Assembly: GCA_965205505.1 (NCBI GenBank)
Contig: CBDBHB010000007.1
Location: 64,001-128,000 of the forward strand
Source: Acidobacteriota bacterium
GTDB taxonomy: Bacteria; Acidobacteriota; UBA890; WLXD01
Length of the DNA: 64,000 bases
Reading direction: 5' to 3'
The notes below the pieces were generated by a model. That model saw only the letters and a list, made by a program, of their open reading frames with translations. It did no database searches and was not told where the DNA came from. The position numbers and the translations under genes are program-made. Below, in pieces: positions 10,346 to 19,977 of this stretch. Position 1 is the first letter of the stretch. The number at the start of each line of letters is the position of its first letter.

Positions 10346-11119
10346 CTACGATTGCACCACGCAGATGACATAGACGGTGTAGGCAGCCTCGTCCGGCCCG
10401 CTGAACTCCTTCACGTTCTTGACCGTACCCGTCCAGGCGTTGGCGGCAGTCGAGCCGTTCGACGAGATGACCAGCAGACCTCCCGAGACGTGGGAGGCAG
10501 CGCTCAGAGTAACACCACCCGCTACAGCTCTCTTGGAGGCCGTCGGACACAACACCGTCTGGGTATCGGTCTCATCGAAGCCAAGGCCGGCGATATCGGT
10601 GGTGATCGAGTCGCGTTCCAGCCCGATCGCGAGCGCAACGCTCGTGCCATCGGGGCCAGGCGGTCCGGCTGGGCCCTGTGGGCCAGTAGCGCCATCAGGT
10701 CCGGCCGGGCCCCGAGGTCCCGTGGCGCCCTGAGGCCCGCGCTTGCCATCCTTCTCGATATAGACCTCGAACTGTTCTTCCTGGCCGCCGTTACAGCGCA
10801 CCGAGAGCAGGTGCGACACACCGATCTCGATGTCGCGATGCTCGAAGGCGAGCACCATGCGCCCCTTGGCCGACGAGATCACCGTCAACGGGTCGCCGCC
10901 GAGGAACACCGCCTTCACGGCGTCGGGCGATCCACACAGGCGAACCCCCCAGACGACGATCTGATCGACCGTGAAGTCAACGTGGGCGGTCATGATGTTT
11001 GGCCGTTTGGCGGCATCACGCGCCTGTTGCGCGGTTGCCACGCCGGCGATGAGCAGGAGTGCGAATGCGGCGATGCTACCTATCAATCGGCCGAGCAAGG
11101 TTGGTACCGCAGCGCTCAT
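10346..11119 (-). CDS. Secreted protein with a short collagen-like Gly-X-Y segment between beta-rich domains
   Basis: Signal peptide (...GVATA-QQ), then GKRGPQGATGPRGPAGPDGATGPQGPAGPPGPDG. C-terminal CP...GG...VYVIC motif. ATG at 11119 overlaps the upstream TGA. Confidence 0.8.
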   Translation of the reverse strand: MSAAVPTLLGRLIGSIAAFALLLIAGVATAQQARDAAKRPNIMTAHVDFTVDQIVVWGVRLCGSPDAVKAVFLGGDPLTVISSAKGRMVLAFEHRDIEIGVSHLLSVRCNGGQEEQFEVYIEKDGKRGPQGATGPRGPAGPDGATGPQGPAGPPGPDGTSVALAIGLERDSITTDIAGLGFDETDTQTVLCPTASKRAVAGGVTLSAASHVSGGLLVISSNGSTAANAWTGTVKNVKEFSGPDEAAYTVYVICVVQS

Positions 11120-11936
11120 CACGACGGATCCACGCAGGTCACGTGCACTGTGTAGCTGGGGGAACCTGCCGTCGGGGCGCCAGACACATTCTTGCCGGTC
11201 CCCGTCCAACCCGTGGTGCCGCTAGGGCCGTTCGAAGCGAGAACCAGGAGGCCGTCGTCAGCCAACGAGGCCGCGTCGATCGTCACTCCGCCGCTAATCG
11301 CTTCCTTGCCCTGCGTCAGGCAGTTGACCACCGTCGTGTCGGTGGCTTCTGTGGCGAAGGGTTGCGGCAGCGTTTTCGTAAACGAGGTTGATCTCGAGCC
11401 CGAGTGCGCCGCCGGTGCCGTCGGTGCCGGCTGGACCCTGGGCACCCGGCGGACCCTGAGCGCCCTGAGCCCCCGGTGGCCCCTGAGCACCTGCCGATCC
11501 CTCGGCGACCGGCGATCCCTCGGGTCCCTGTGGCCCCGGTGGCCCGCGTCGCCCCGTGGGACCCGGCGGGCCCTGCTTGCCTGCCCTCTCGATATAGACC
11601 TCAAACTGCTCTTCTTGGCCCACCGGTGCAGCGGATCGAGAGCAGGTGCGACACACCGAACTCGATGTCGCTGCGCTCGAAGTCCAGAATCATCAGCCCC
11701 TTCTTGCTGGATATGACCGTCAGAGGGTCGCCGCCCAGAAACACCGCCTCGACCTTGTTTGGGGTGGTGCACAGCCGCACACCGCCGACCACGAGCTGGT
11801 CACGGGTGAAGTCGACAAACGCTGTCTTGACGTTCGGTAATTTCTCTGCGGCGCGCGAACTCTGCTGTGTGATCGCCGGGCCGGCTCAAACGATGAATAC
11901 GATCGCCGCGGCGATTCGGATCGATCGAGAAAACAT
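11119..11936 (-). pseudogene. Disrupted paralog of the adjacent collagen-like protein
   Basis: ATG at 11936 after GGAG. In-frame TGA at 11886-11888 and +1 frameshifts near 11620 and 11380. Shares VFLGGDPLTVISS, GVSHLLS and [12 protein letters not shown] with 10346-11119. Confidence 0.8.
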
Positions 11937-12265
11937 GTTGTTGCTCCGGTAATCGGCTCGCGGAGGCGGATCGGTTGGCGCTGACCGCTAACGCCAGCCG
12001 CCTATCCTCGTCTCCGCGATGGTCGTTGCCTTCCCGCGTATTGCGGTTTCAGGAGCCAGCGTAGGAAGGCCTCGCGGCGAACAAAAGACGCTGCCTCGGG
12101 TCCGTCGGCCAACCGAGGCCCTAGAGGAGCGGTAGTGGCGCTGGCTCCTCAGCACCGACTGCGGCGACGTCTGGTCCGGGCGCTACCGGGCTAGCCCGGG
12201 GCCGCGAGCACGAGGTCGATCTGCCGGCCCGGCGGCGAGCCGCAGGTACTCAGCGCGCTGCGCGA

Positions 12266-13270
12266 TCAGTCGTTGTCGTCGCCAGCTACGATCGCTTCTA
12301 CCGCCTCGACCGCCGCCTCCGAGGTTACCCCAGCAATCGAGTTGAGGCAGTCGAGCAAGTTGCTGCAATCCAACGACGGATCGTCGAGCGGAGTCGCTGC
12401 CAGAACCTCGGCGGGTATGTCCCGCGCCGAACGGTAAGCGCGAACCATGCGCTCAAACCACGCCGGGTCGAGGGTCGAGTCTTGCGCAGTCGGGTAGTAG
12501 ACAGCGTTGCCCTCGGTAACCTTCAGGTGCTCAACCGCACTCGCCAGCGATTCACGATAGCGCTCCCGGTCGGGAGCCGCGAACTGTCCGGCGCTGGCCC
12601 GCAGGTAATCGACCGCGCGCTGCCAGACGACGGGATCCGGCTCCATGTCGCGCTGTCGCCCATAGGCTTCCATGCGCGCCAGCGAGCGCTTCCATTCATC
12701 TGGCGAGTACATACCCGGGTGCGGTGGCTGGTGACAGGCCGAGCAGGCTTGCAGGTACGCGCCGCCGCTCTCGCTTCGCAGGTTGGGAAACTGACCGTTC
12801 TCGGCGTAGCTGCGCACGATCGCGGTGCGATAGCGGCTGTTGACCTGCGCCGCGATGGCCGCCGGATCGTGGGCGCCATGCTGCTCGATGAGTTGGCCGG
12901 CGACTACCGCCTCCTCGAGACATGTCGCGCAGGCAGCCGCGTGCTGCGATCGATAGCAGTCGACCACGCCGGTGTGTCCGTATAGCTCGCATGGACAATA
13001 GCAAGCGATCTTTTCGAGCACCTCAGGGTGATCGCGGGCGACACGGTAGGCCACCGGAATCCGTTGCAGGTAATCGAGCGGTATGAAGTCTTTTCGCGGC
13101 GCCGCGGCGGCGGAAGCGCCGCTGTTCGGTTGGTCGGGCGTGCCGGCGGTAGCGGCGGGGGCGCTGCCGTCGTCCGCGGCGAGCGCCGACGAACCGCCCG
13201 TGGGTTGGCTGCCACATGCGGCCACCGTGACCATCGCGGCGCCGATGAGCAAAAGCTGCCTTGCCCTCAT
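12266..13270 (-). CDS. Lipoprotein with PCYCGC-like Cys-rich domain fused to a c-type cytochrome (CxxCH) domain
   Basis: Lipobox VAA-C; IACYCPCELYGHTGVVDCY...HAAACATCLEEA; then YLQACSACHQPPHP...W...RM. Confidence 0.75.
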   Translation of the reverse strand: MRARQLLLIGAAMVTVAACGSQPTGGSSALAADDGSAPAATAGTPDQPNSGASAAAAPRKDFIPLDYLQRIPVAYRVARDHPEVLEKIACYCPCELYGHTGVVDCYRSQHAAACATCLEEAVVAGQLIEQHGAHDPAAIAAQVNSRYRTAIVRSYAENGQFPNLRSESGGAYLQACSACHQPPHPGMYSPDEWKRSLARMEAYGRQRDMEPDPVVWQRAVDYLRASAGQFAAPDRERYRESLASAVEHLKVTEGNAVYYPTAQDSTLDPAWFERMVRAYRSARDIPAEVLAATPLDDPSLDCSNLLDCLNSIAGVTSEAAVEAVEAIVAGDDND

Positions 13271-13336
13271 CGTGTTCACTCCTCGCATCGACTGCCCCGT
13301 CCCAGCACGTCCGTCTTTGATCTGTCCGTGCGCGGC

Positions 13337-14440
13337 TCAGCGCCGCGAAGGCACCACCGCGTCTTCCGACTCCTCGCTAGCTTCCCACAGTGCAAGGATT
13401 CCCTCAAAGCGCGAATCGACGATCTCTATAGTCGCTCTGTCGCGAAGATTACGGACGTACTCGTTCATGCGCACCTGTGACTTGGCCGACGTCAGCCGCT
13501 GTCGTATCGACTCCCGCGCATCGTCGAGCTCGGCGATATCCTGCTCGCTGCGCTCGACCACCTTGACGATCGAAAAGCCGAACGTCGTCTCGATGGGGTC
13601 CGAGAACGACCCCACCGGCAGCGCCGGAACCGTGGCTGCCAGACCTTCAGTCAGATCGTCGACGGCAATGAAGCTGCCCGTATCGGCGACGTGTTGACCG
13701 TTGACGTACTTCTCCCCCACGGCGCTCGCGTCCTCGCCGGCCTGAACTTCGGCGGCGGCGGCGAACGCCTGCTCGCGCAGCGAGCCTGGCTCGCCGATGA
13801 ACACCAACTGCTCGAGCCGCACCTGTTCCGGCACGGTGAACTGATCCCGGTTGTCGGCGTAGTAATCGTTGATCTCGGTCTCGGAAACGAAAATCTGCCG
13901 CTGCACCTCATCGAAAGCGAGGCGCTGCTGGCGTAGGTTGTCGCGCAACTGCTCGCGGAGCTCGTCCATGGTGAGCCCCATCTGCTTCAGCGCGATGTCG
14001 AGCTGTGCGTCCGTCTCAAAGCCGTTCGTATCGCGCAGGTTCTGGATCTGACGATCGACCATGTTGGCGTCGACCGTGATGCCGACCAGGTCGGCGCGCT
14101 GCAGCATCATCTTCTGATCGACCATCCCGGCGAGGATTTGCGTAGTCAAGATCGGCATCTGCGCTGTGATCTCCTCCTCCGGGAATTGCTGGCGCAAGAG
14201 CGCGATTCGATCCTCGACTACGGAACGTAGCTCGGTCAACAGGATCGGGTCTCCGTTGACCTTTACCAGCACCATATTGATGACGTTGTCAGGCACACGC
14301 ATCGCACTTGTCGCCGCTAGCAGCGCATCCTCGGTCGCCTCTTGCGCGAGTGTCTGCGCCGGCGTGACGAAAGCTGCCGCGGTGAACCAGGCGGCACAGA
14401 ACACCGCGGTCGGGCGCGACATGCCGGGATTCTCGTTCAT
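13337..14440 (-). CDS. surA: SurA/PrsA-like periplasmic chaperone, parvulin PPIase
   Basis: Signal peptide, VKVNGDPILLTEL SurA N-terminal motif, FSDPIETTFGFSIVKV rotamase motif. Lies downstream of mfd. Confidence 0.8.
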   Translation of the reverse strand: MNENPGMSRPTAVFCAAWFTAAAFVTPAQTLAQEATEDALLAATSAMRVPDNVINMVLVKVNGDPILLTELRSVVEDRIALLRQQFPEEEITAQMPILTTQILAGMVDQKMMLQRADLVGITVDANMVDRQIQNLRDTNGFETDAQLDIALKQMGLTMDELREQLRDNLRQQRLAFDEVQRQIFVSETEINDYYADNRDQFTVPEQVRLEQLVFIGEPGSLREQAFAAAAEVQAGEDASAVGEKYVNGQHVADTGSFIAVDDLTEGLAATVPALPVGSFSDPIETTFGFSIVKVVERSEQDIAELDDARESIRQRLTSAKSQVRMNEYVRNLRDRATIEIVDSRFEGILALWEASEESEDAVVPSRR

Positions 14441-14660
14441 CGTCTCGTCTCGGCGGGTTGTGGGCGACGCGGGCCGGTCTCCCGGATCGCGTGCAACGAC
14501 GTCAGTGTGGGAAGGCTGGGAGCGTCGGCGGTGCCGTAAGATGGCGACGAAATACCGTGGATCAGCGTATCACGGGGCGGATGTGGCCTTCATGCGGCAT
14601 ACAGCGGCGTTCGCTACCGGTGAAAGTGTGCACCGATACCTGGCCGCGGTTGGTGCAGTA

Positions 14661-17600
14661 TCAGCGGAGCGCATCGAGAACCTCCCGCACTGCTTCCATG
14701 CGTCCCGCCGGGCTGTGGGGATCCATCGCCACCAGCAGCCCATCTGGTGGCGAGAGCGTCCAGCTACGCTCGCTTTCCACTTTCGCGATGAGCCGATCTG
14801 TGGCGATCGGCGCGTCTCCCGAAAGGCGTATCAGCACGCCATCGCCCTTGCGCTCGACGCCCAACACGCCGAGTTCTTCAGCGACCAGCCGCAACGAAGC
14901 ATAGGCGAACAGTTGCTCGACCTCGGGTGGTACCGCCCCGTAGCGATCGCGCAGCTCGGCTTGTAGCTGCTCCAGCTTGTCCTCGGTACGAGCCGAAGCC
15001 AGGCGCTTGCTTACCATCAATCGCTGTAATGGGTCCTCGATGTAGCCGATGGGTATTTGCAGATCGACGCCGAGGCTCAGTTGAGCGCGATGCGCCGGGG
15101 CCACCGGCTCGCCCTTGAGCTCGTGCACGGCCTCCTCGAGCATTCGAGCGTACAGCTCGAAGCCCACCGCCGCGATGTGGCCGTGTTGACGCTCGCCCAG
15201 CAACGCGCCGGCACCGCGGATCTCGAGGTCCATGGCAGCGAGGCGAAACCCTGATCCCAGGTCAGAGAACTCCTGGATGGCACGCAACCGCTTCTTCGCC
15301 ACTGGCGTCAGCGTGTCGACTGGCGGAACCACCAGATAGGCGTACGCTCGCCGCGTCGATCGACCGACTCGTCCACGAAGCTGATAAAGCTGCGCCAACC
15401 CGAAGGTATCGGCGCGGTTCACGATGATGGTATTCGCCATGGGGATATCGAGGCCGTTCTCGATGATCGCCGTGGTGATCAGCACGTCGGCGCGCCCCTC
15501 GACAAAGTCGAACATTGCGCGTTCGAGCTCCGCCTTGGGGAGCTGCCCGTGCACCACACGAAACTCTGCCTCCGGAACGAATTCCTTCAGCGCGGCAGCG
15601 ACGCGATATATCGACTCGATTCGGTTGTGCACGAAGAACGCTTGCCCGCCGCGCGACAACTCCTCGTGCAGCGCGTCGGCGATGATCTCGCGATCGTACG
15701 GAACGATGTGGGTGGCTATGGCGTAGCGATCCTTCGGCGGCGTCTCGATGACACTGAGATCACGCACCCCGAGGAGCGACATCTGCAGGGTCCGCGGAAT
15801 TGGGGTGGCGGTCATCGCAAGCACGTCGATGCTGCGCTTGAGTCGCTTGAGTCGTTCCTTCTGTCCCACACCGAAGCGCTGCTCCTCGTCGACCACCAAC
15901 AAGCCCAGATCCTTGAACTCCACGTCCTTGCCGAGTAGACGGTGGGTGCCCACCGCCACGTCGACGCGACTGTCGCGAATAGCGGCCACGGTGGCGCGGA
16001 TCTGCGCCGAAGTGCGAAACCTCGACAGCAGATCCACTCGCACGGGAAACGCGGCGAAACGGGCCTGTAGGGTGCGCCAGTGCTGGTAGGCAAGAACGGT
16101 GGTCGGCGCCAGGAACGCTACCTGCTTACCTTCCATGACGGCCTTGAAAGCGGCGCGCATGGCAACCTCGGTCTTGCCGTAGCCGACGTCGCCACACAGG
16201 AGCCGGTCCATCACGGCGCCCGACTCCATATCGGCCTTGACGTCGGCAATGGCGGCGAGTTGGTCGCTTGTCTCGTCGTATTCGAAGCTATCCTCGAGCT
16301 CTCGTTGCCAGGCAGTATCGGACCCGAACGAGTACCCCACCGCCGCCTTGCGCCCGGCGTAGAGCTCGAGCAGGTCACCTGCCAGCTCGCGTAGCGACTC
16401 GCGCACGCGGCCCTTGACCTTGCTCCAGCTGGTGCCGCCCAACTTGTCGATCTTCGCTCGGACTTCTTCGCCAGCTTGATACTTCTGTACCAGATAGAGC
16501 TGCTCCAGAGGCAAGTACAACCGATCGCCGGCGCGATACTCGATCTCCATGAACTCCGACGTCGAGTCGCCCACGGGAAGCTGACGCACACCCGCAAAGC
16601 GGCCGATGCCATGGTCCTCATGGATAACGAAATCTCCCGGCTGGAGATCGCGGAAGTCACCCCTGAACGCGTCCCCACGAAAACGACGTGTTCGCCCCGG
16701 CGGGCGACTGCGCCCGAACACCTCCGCGTCGGTGCCGAGCCAGAACCCGATGTCCGGCAGCCGGAACCCGGCCGACAGATCACCGCAGCCGATTCGACAC
16801 GTTCCCGGCTGCAGCGGCGCCGCCTCGACCGACGACGATGTGCGCTTCGAGTCGTCTAGAAGCAGCTTCGCAGGTACTCCATAGCCTTCGAGAATCTCCG
16901 CCAAGCGTTCGGCCTTGCCGGCTTTCGACAGCACGAACGCCACTCGCTCACCGGCATCGAGCTCGAGCTTCAGGCTGTGCGCGAGCTCTGCCAATCGTCC
17001 GCGATAGCCGGTAACGCTCTGCGCCGTGTGCGCAATGCCGTCGCCCACTCCCGATGCGAGCACCGTAGTCCGTATGCGCATGGCGCCAGATTTCTTCGCC
17101 AGCGCGCGCTCCAGGTCGTGCACCAGCTCGTCCGGGAGCGGAGCGTCCTGGCCAGCCGCGAGTGCCTGGTGATAATGCTCGTCGAGGTATTCGTGCCAGC
17201 GCTCGGCATTGCTGTCGATGATCTCCGGCTCGATCTCTGCCCACGCCGGGTCGGGGAGGTAGTCGACCAGAGCCGCCTGCAACCTGCCGTGGTCCTGTGC
17301 CACCTCAGCGGGGTGGTCTGCCGCACGGGACGTGGCCGGGGGGAGCTCGAAGTCATCGGCCGAACGCATCGAACGCTGATCGCGCGGATTGAACTCGCGA
17401 ATCGACTCGATCTCGTCGCCGAAGAAATCCAGGCGGACCGGATGTTCGCGGGTCGGCGGGAATATGTCGACGATTCCGCCGCGGACGGCAAACTCCCCCA
17501 ACGACTCCACCAGCGTCACGCGCCGATAACCGGAGTCCACCAAATGGCGGGTCAGCTCCCCCGGGTCGATCTCGGCCCCTGTGCCGAGCCGCAGCGATCG

Positions 17601-18017
17601 ATCGCGAAAGCGTTCGGGCGACTGAATGCGCTCCATCCAGCAGCGCACCGGTGCGAGAAGGATGTCGACGCGACCGCGGCTGCATCGGTCGAGCGTTTGG
17701 AGCCGCTCGCGCACGATGTCGTCGTGCGGTGGCACGGCGCCGTACGGGTTGACCTCGAGGGGAGGAAACGCGACCACCGTGCCGGCTCGACGCTCGTGAA
17801 AGAGACGCAGGTCGAGAAGCACCAGCTCCAGGTCGAGATCCGCCGGAACGACGACGGCCAGCGAACGCGATGCCGCAATCTGGACCTCGCTCAACACCGC
17901 AGCCAGGTGGCTACCGCTCAGCCCCTCGAGGCGCACGTCTTCCCTGGTGCGCACCGCCGCCAAGGTCGCAGCCATCGCGGGACGCTCCCGCAGCGTGGCG
18001 AGAATGGCGTCGAGCAT
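14661..18017 (-). CDS. mfd: Transcription-repair coupling factor
   Basis: GEFAVRGGIVDIF, HGIGRF (RID), CGDVGYGKTEV, DEEQRFG, TATPIPRT, QLRGRVGR. Start taken at ATG 18017 (approximate). Confidence 0.97.
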   Translation of the reverse strand: MLDAILATLRERPAMAATLAAVRTREDVRLEGLSGSHLAAVLSEVQIAASRSLAVVVPADLDLELVLLDLRLFHERRAGTVVAFPPLEVNPYGAVPPHDDIVRERLQTLDRCSRGRVDILLAPVRCWMERIQSPERFRDRSLRLGTGAEIDPGELTRHLVDSGYRRVTLVESLGEFAVRGGIVDIFPPTREHPVRLDFFGDEIESIREFNPRDQRSMRSADDFELPPATSRAADHPAEVAQDHGRLQAALVDYLPDPAWAEIEPEIIDSNAERWHEYLDEHYHQALAAGQDAPLPDELVHDLERALAKKSGAMRIRTTVLASGVGDGIAHTAQSVTGYRGRLAELAHSLKLELDAGERVAFVLSKAGKAERLAEILEGYGVPAKLLLDDSKRTSSSVEAAPLQPGTCRIGCGDLSAGFRLPDIGFWLGTDAEVFGRSRPPGRTRRFRGDAFRGDFRDLQPGDFVIHEDHGIGRFAGVRQLPVGDSTSEFMEIEYRAGDRLYLPLEQLYLVQKYQAGEEVRAKIDKLGGTSWSKVKGRVRESLRELAGDLLELYAGRKAAVGYSFGSDTAWQRELEDSFEYDETSDQLAAIADVKADMESGAVMDRLLCGDVGYGKTEVAMRAAFKAVMEGKQVAFLAPTTVLAYQHWRTLQARFAAFPVRVDLLSRFRTSAQIRATVAAIRDSRVDVAVGTHRLLGKDVEFKDLGLLVVDEEQRFGVGQKERLKRLKRSIDVLAMTATPIPRTLQMSLLGVRDLSVIETPPKDRYAIATHIVPYDREIIADALHEELSRGGQAFFVHNRIESIYRVAAALKEFVPEAEFRVVHGQLPKAELERAMFDFVEGRADVLITTAIIENGLDIPMANTIIVNRADTFGLAQLYQLRGRVGRSTRRAYAYLVVPPVDTLTPVAKKRLRAIQEFSDLGSGFRLAAMDLEIRGAGALLGERQHGHIAAVGFELYARMLEEAVHELKGEPVAPAHRAQLSLGVDLQIPIGYIEDPLQRLMVSKRLASARTEDKLEQLQAELRDRYGAVPPEVEQLFAYASLRLVAEELGVLGVERKGDGVLIRLSGDAPIATDRLIAKVESERSWTLSPPDGLLVAMDPHSPAGRMEAVREVLDALR

Positions 18018-18094
18018 TGCGTAACCAACCGTCGAGAGCGTATCTGCCGAAGGGACACCGCAGCCGCCGTTACGTCTTCCGGCGTGCGGCCGGC

Positions 18095-18586
18095 CTATTC
18101 GGCCGGCGTCAACGGTACAGCACGGATGCGCGCGACGATGTCCGTAGTGGAATAACCCGGCACTAGGTCGAGAAACACGACTTCGCCGCCGACCGACCGC
18201 GCGACTTCCGCTTCGGGCATCGCTCGGTTCCGCCATTCAGCGCCTTTGGCGTAGACGTCTGGGCGTAGGGTGGTGATCAGTTCGGCCGGCGTGTCTCCAT
18301 CAAACGGCACGACATGGTCGACCCACCGAATCGCGCGGAGAAGCTCCATCCGCTCCGCAAGGGGCACGATGGGACGATCTGCGCCCTTCAGTTGTCGGAC
18401 CGACTCGTCACTGTTGACGCCAACGACGAGGCAGTCGCCGAGCGCGCGGGCTTGCCGTAGACCTTCCAGATGTCCGGGGTGCAGCAGGTCGAAGCAACCG
18501 TTGGTGAAGACGATGCGCTCGCCGCATTCGCGGTGCCGCACCAGCGCCGCGGCGACGTCCGAGCTATCGTCCGGCCGCTTAGCCAC
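18095..18586 (-). CDS. rfaE2: Heptose-1-phosphate adenylyltransferase (RfaE domain II/HldC)
   Basis: VFTNGCFDLLHPGH, VGVNSDESVRQLKG, YSTTDIV. GTG start at 18586. Confidence 0.9.
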   Translation of the reverse strand: MAKRPDDSSDVAAALVRHRECGERIVFTNGCFDLLHPGHLEGLRQARALGDCLVVGVNSDESVRQLKGADRPIVPLAERMELLRAIRWVDHVVPFDGDTPAELITTLRPDVYAKGAEWRNRAMPEAEVARSVGGEVVFLDLVPGYSTTDIVARIRAVPLTPAE

Positions 18587-19976
18587 CGTCGTCCGGGGCT
18601 GCTGTGCCCCGATCAATACCGCCCAGTACCTTCCAGCGCACGCCGCCATCGAACTCCCACGCATGCGGCAATCGCGCCACCCCGACATCGCCGATGTCGG
18701 AGTTGAGGCGGAACGAGTAAAGGCCGCGATGATAGTCGTAGGGATTACCATCGCGGCGGTGAACGGCGACGTCGAGGTAGTAGTTGCCCGCCACCAGGTT
18801 TATCGCCGGCATGCGTACCCGGATTGTCCCGGCGCCACGCAGCTCGCTCGGCTGAAACCGCTCGATATCGGTGTTGGTTCCGTAACAGGAGACGCCGTTG
18901 GCGTTGAAGATACCGATTCCGAAAACGAAGTCCCCGACAGGCTTCTCGGCTCGATACGCGATCTCTATTGTCATCGCGTCGCCGGTAGAAAACACGTGTC
19001 CGGCATCGTCTTCGGCATTGAGAAAACGGACTTCATCGATCTGTACTTCGCCACTGCCCCATCGGCCAGACTCGTACGGGGCTGCCACCGAGGCATCGAC
19101 CTGTTCGGGGATGCCGGCGTCGTCGGCTAGTGGGTTGTCGCCGGCCGCGGCCTCGGCGATCCGTTTGCGCTCGGCGCGCGTAATCTCGCTCTCTTCCTGC
19201 TCGGCCACCCAATCGAGGTACTGGTCGACCACCCGCACCGGATCGCCGATGGCCGCAACGGCACCGTGGTTAATCCAGGCAGCACGGTCACACAGTTGCC
19301 GTATCGTCTCCATACCGTGGGTCACCAACAGAATCGTTTTACCGCGCCGCTTGAACTCGCCGATCTTGTCAAGACACTTGTGGACGAACGCTTCATCGCC
19401 GACCGCCAAGACCTCGTCGATGACGAGAATATCCGGGTCCACGTGGATGGCTACCGAGAAGCCCAGTCGCATGTACATTCCCGACGAGTAATTCTTCACG
19501 GGTGTGTCGATGAACTCCTCGAGCTCAGCGAACGCGACGATCTCGTCGAAACGCAGCTCGATCTCGCACCGCGACAGCCCCAGCATGATGCCGTTGATAT
19601 AGACGTTCTCGCGTCCTGAGATCTCTGGGTGGAATCCGGCACCAAGCTCGATCAGGGCCGAGATCCTACCGTCGAGCGCGACCCGCCCTTCGGTGGGCTT
19701 GGTGGTGCCGGCGACGATCTTCATCAGTGTGCTCTTACCGGCGCCGTTGGCTCCGATCACGCCGAAGGTTTCGCCGCGAGCGACCTCCAAGCTGACGTTC
19801 TCGAGCGCGGTGAACACCTCGTCCGGCTTCAGGAGCTTGAAGAGGTTGCGGCCCACGAAGGCACTCTTGAGGGTGAGAAATCTGTGCGACTGGGCGATGC
19901 GCCGATAGCGTTTGGTGACGTCGACGACACGAATCGCGGGCTCCTTCACTTTGCCCGCAGACGAGACTGGATTCAT
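18579..19976 (-). CDS. wzt: Polysaccharide export ABC transporter ATPase with C-terminal Wzt-C carbohydrate-binding domain
   Basis: GANGAGKST, YSSGMYMRLGF, DEVLAVGD. C-terminal RWGSGE...YGTNT domain. Confidence 0.92.
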   Translation of the reverse strand: MNPVSSAGKVKEPAIRVVDVTKRYRRIAQSHRFLTLKSAFVGRNLFKLLKPDEVFTALENVSLEVARGETFGVIGANGAGKSTLMKIVAGTTKPTEGRVALDGRISALIELGAGFHPEISGRENVYINGIMLGLSRCEIELRFDEIVAFAELEEFIDTPVKNYSSGMYMRLGFSVAIHVDPDILVIDEVLAVGDEAFVHKCLDKIGEFKRRGKTILLVTHGMETIRQLCDRAAWINHGAVAAIGDPVRVVDQYLDWVAEQEESEITRAERKRIAEAAAGDNPLADDAGIPEQVDASVAAPYESGRWGSGEVQIDEVRFLNAEDDAGHVFSTGDAMTIEIAYRAEKPVGDFVFGIGIFNANGVSCYGTNTDIERFQPSELRGAGTIRVRMPAINLVAGNYYLDVAVHRRDGNPYDYHRGLYSFRLNSDIGDVGVARLPHAWEFDGGVRWKVLGGIDRGTAAPDDGG

Positions 19977-19977
19977 G

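Noticed and set aside
11886-11888. In-frame TGA as selenocysteine or recoding
   Set aside because: It lies in a signal peptide, not at a Cys-equivalent position. The same gene has two frameshifts, and TGA is a normal stop elsewhere in the window.
11940-12260. Hairpin-rich leader upstream of the collagen-like genes as a riboswitch
   Set aside because: I could not match c-di-GMP or other riboswitch consensus motifs by eye. An Rfam scan is needed.
18018-18236. N-terminal extensions in the ORF track for mfd (also ugd, atpA, atpC, jag, yidC, mrpE)
   Set aside because: They overlap neighbouring genes or lack homology. Downstream starts fit the family N-termini.
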